From Rhodococcus rhodochrous (GTDB taxonomy: Bacteria > Actinomycetota > Actinomycetes > Mycobacteriales > Mycobacteriaceae), in contig NZ_CP027557.1 in NCBI RefSeq assembly GCF_014854695.1, forward strand, positions 4,666,891-4,690,890: DNA of 24,000 bases. The letters run 5' to 3'. The notes under the pieces are model-generated. The model was not told where the DNA came from, ran no database searches, and was given only the letters and a program-made list of their open reading frames with translations. Shown in pieces: positions 23,393 to 24,000 of this stretch. Each line of letters opens with the position of its first letter. Position 1 is the stretch's first letter. The translations under genes and the position numbers were made by a program.

Positions 23393-24000
23393 GACGGTGT
23401 GCCCGAAGGTCGTGACGGACAGGACCTCGTGCACGCCCTCTCCCGTGGCCTCCCATGAGAACTCGCCGGCGCGGATGCGAGCCTTGTTGCCGAGCTGACG
23501 ACGACGGTCGGCGTCGGCGAGCAGATCGGCGACGGCAGCGGTCAGTTCGGCGGGTGAGTCCACGAGCAGGCCGGTCACGCCGTCGATGATCGAGTCGGTC
23601 AGTCCCTTGGAGCTGCGGTAACCGATGGTGGGCACACCGTGCTGGGCGGCCTCGACCACCGCGAGACCCCACCCCTCCTTGCGCGAGGGCATCACGTGAA
23701 CCCAGGCGCGGGAGAGCAATTCGTGCTTGCGCTGTTCGTCGACGTGGCCGTGGAAGGTGACGGCGTCGCCGATGCCGAGTTCGGCGGCCGCATCGCGGAG
23801 GTTCTGCTCCCACCAGCCGCCGCCGATGACGTCGAGATGCAGGCCCGGGACGGTGCCGCGCAGCGTCGCGACCGCGGCGAGGGCGTCCTCGATCTGCTTG
23901 TGCGGCACCAGCCGCGAGAGCACGCACACGCTCGGGTGGGCCGTGCGCGTGTCGTCGCCGCCCACCGCGACGCCCGCGGGGACGGCGTCGACACCGTTGC
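23303..24000 (-). CDS. GT4-family (GT-B fold) glycosyltransferase, Rv0225-like; N-terminal half lies beyond the window
   Basis: I checked by hand that the frame stays open upstream of the track start (23965) to nt 23998; it reads NGVDAVPAGVAVGGDD. The C-terminal GT4 domain shows LSRLVPHKQIEDAL, GGGWWEQNL, HVMPSRKEGWGLAVVEAAQHGVPTIGY (E-x7-E region) and DGVTGLLV. Confidence 0.8.
   Translation of the reverse strand, partial: NGVDAVPAGVAVGGDDTRTAHPSVCVLSRLVPHKQIEDALAAVATLRGTVPGLHLDVIGGGWWEQNLRDAAAELGIGDAVTFHGHVDEQRKHELLSRAWVHVMPSRKEGWGLAVVEAAQHGVPTIGYRSSKGLTDSIIDGVTGLLVDSPAELTAAVADLLADADRRRQLGNKARIRAGEFSWEATGEGVHEVLSVTTFGHTVSGLFPRADEPSMLADPLPERAASAAGQYQ

Noticed and set aside
1-24000. Mobile element, prophage or genomic-island boundaries
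   Set aside because: I found no transposase, integrase or recombinase genes, no tRNA attachment site, no long terminal inverted or direct repeats, and no compositional break. The extra genes relative to the mycobacterial order look like ordinary lineage-specific content.

Overview
This is a very GC-rich actinobacterial chromosomal segment of mycolata type (Mycobacteriales; Rhodococcus/Nocardia/Gordonia-like). Almost every codon third position is G/C, so nearly every real gene casts long Arg/Gly/Asp-rich shadow ORFs on the opposite strand. As far as I recall the M. tuberculosis map, gene order is colinear but inverted relative to Rv0244c..Rv0225. Brackets mark genes apparently extra relative to that map, and <> marks a divergent pair. 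The order is: fadE5 (5' truncated) | [MpaB-like oxygenase, VanW-domain protein] | fadA2 <> fabG4-htdX | TetR regulator, lpqI (GH3 NagZ lipoprotein) | [universal stress protein, isochorismate synthase] | Rv0236A-like small protein, aftD | SucT-like acyltransferase <> DUF3068/PorA-like membrane protein | [MOP/Wzx-like flippase] <> Rv0226c-like polytopic membrane protein | GT4 glycosyltransferase (runs off the 3' edge). I saw no rRNA, tRNA, CRISPR array, transposase, integrase or phage genes. The window is core lipid-metabolism plus cell-envelope (arabinan) biosynthesis, not an obvious mobile island. The points most worth follow-up are listed below.
1. An operator-like ~35-bp block is shared between the tetR upstream region and the fadA2/fabG4 divergent promoter.
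2. The VanW-domain protein has a ~290-aa disordered N-terminus carrying two near-perfect 24-bp in-frame tandem repeat arrays.
3. Downstream of aftD lies an uncharacterised envelope module: acyltransferase, DUF3068, flippase-like protein, Rv0226c-like possible GT-C protein and GT4. It includes a 42-bp divergent junction with a leaderless-type promoter and two long convergent gene overlaps.
4. Two related long hairpins bracket the MpaB-like gene.
All functional calls rest on reading the translations and on recalled family motifs and synteny. No database search was run.
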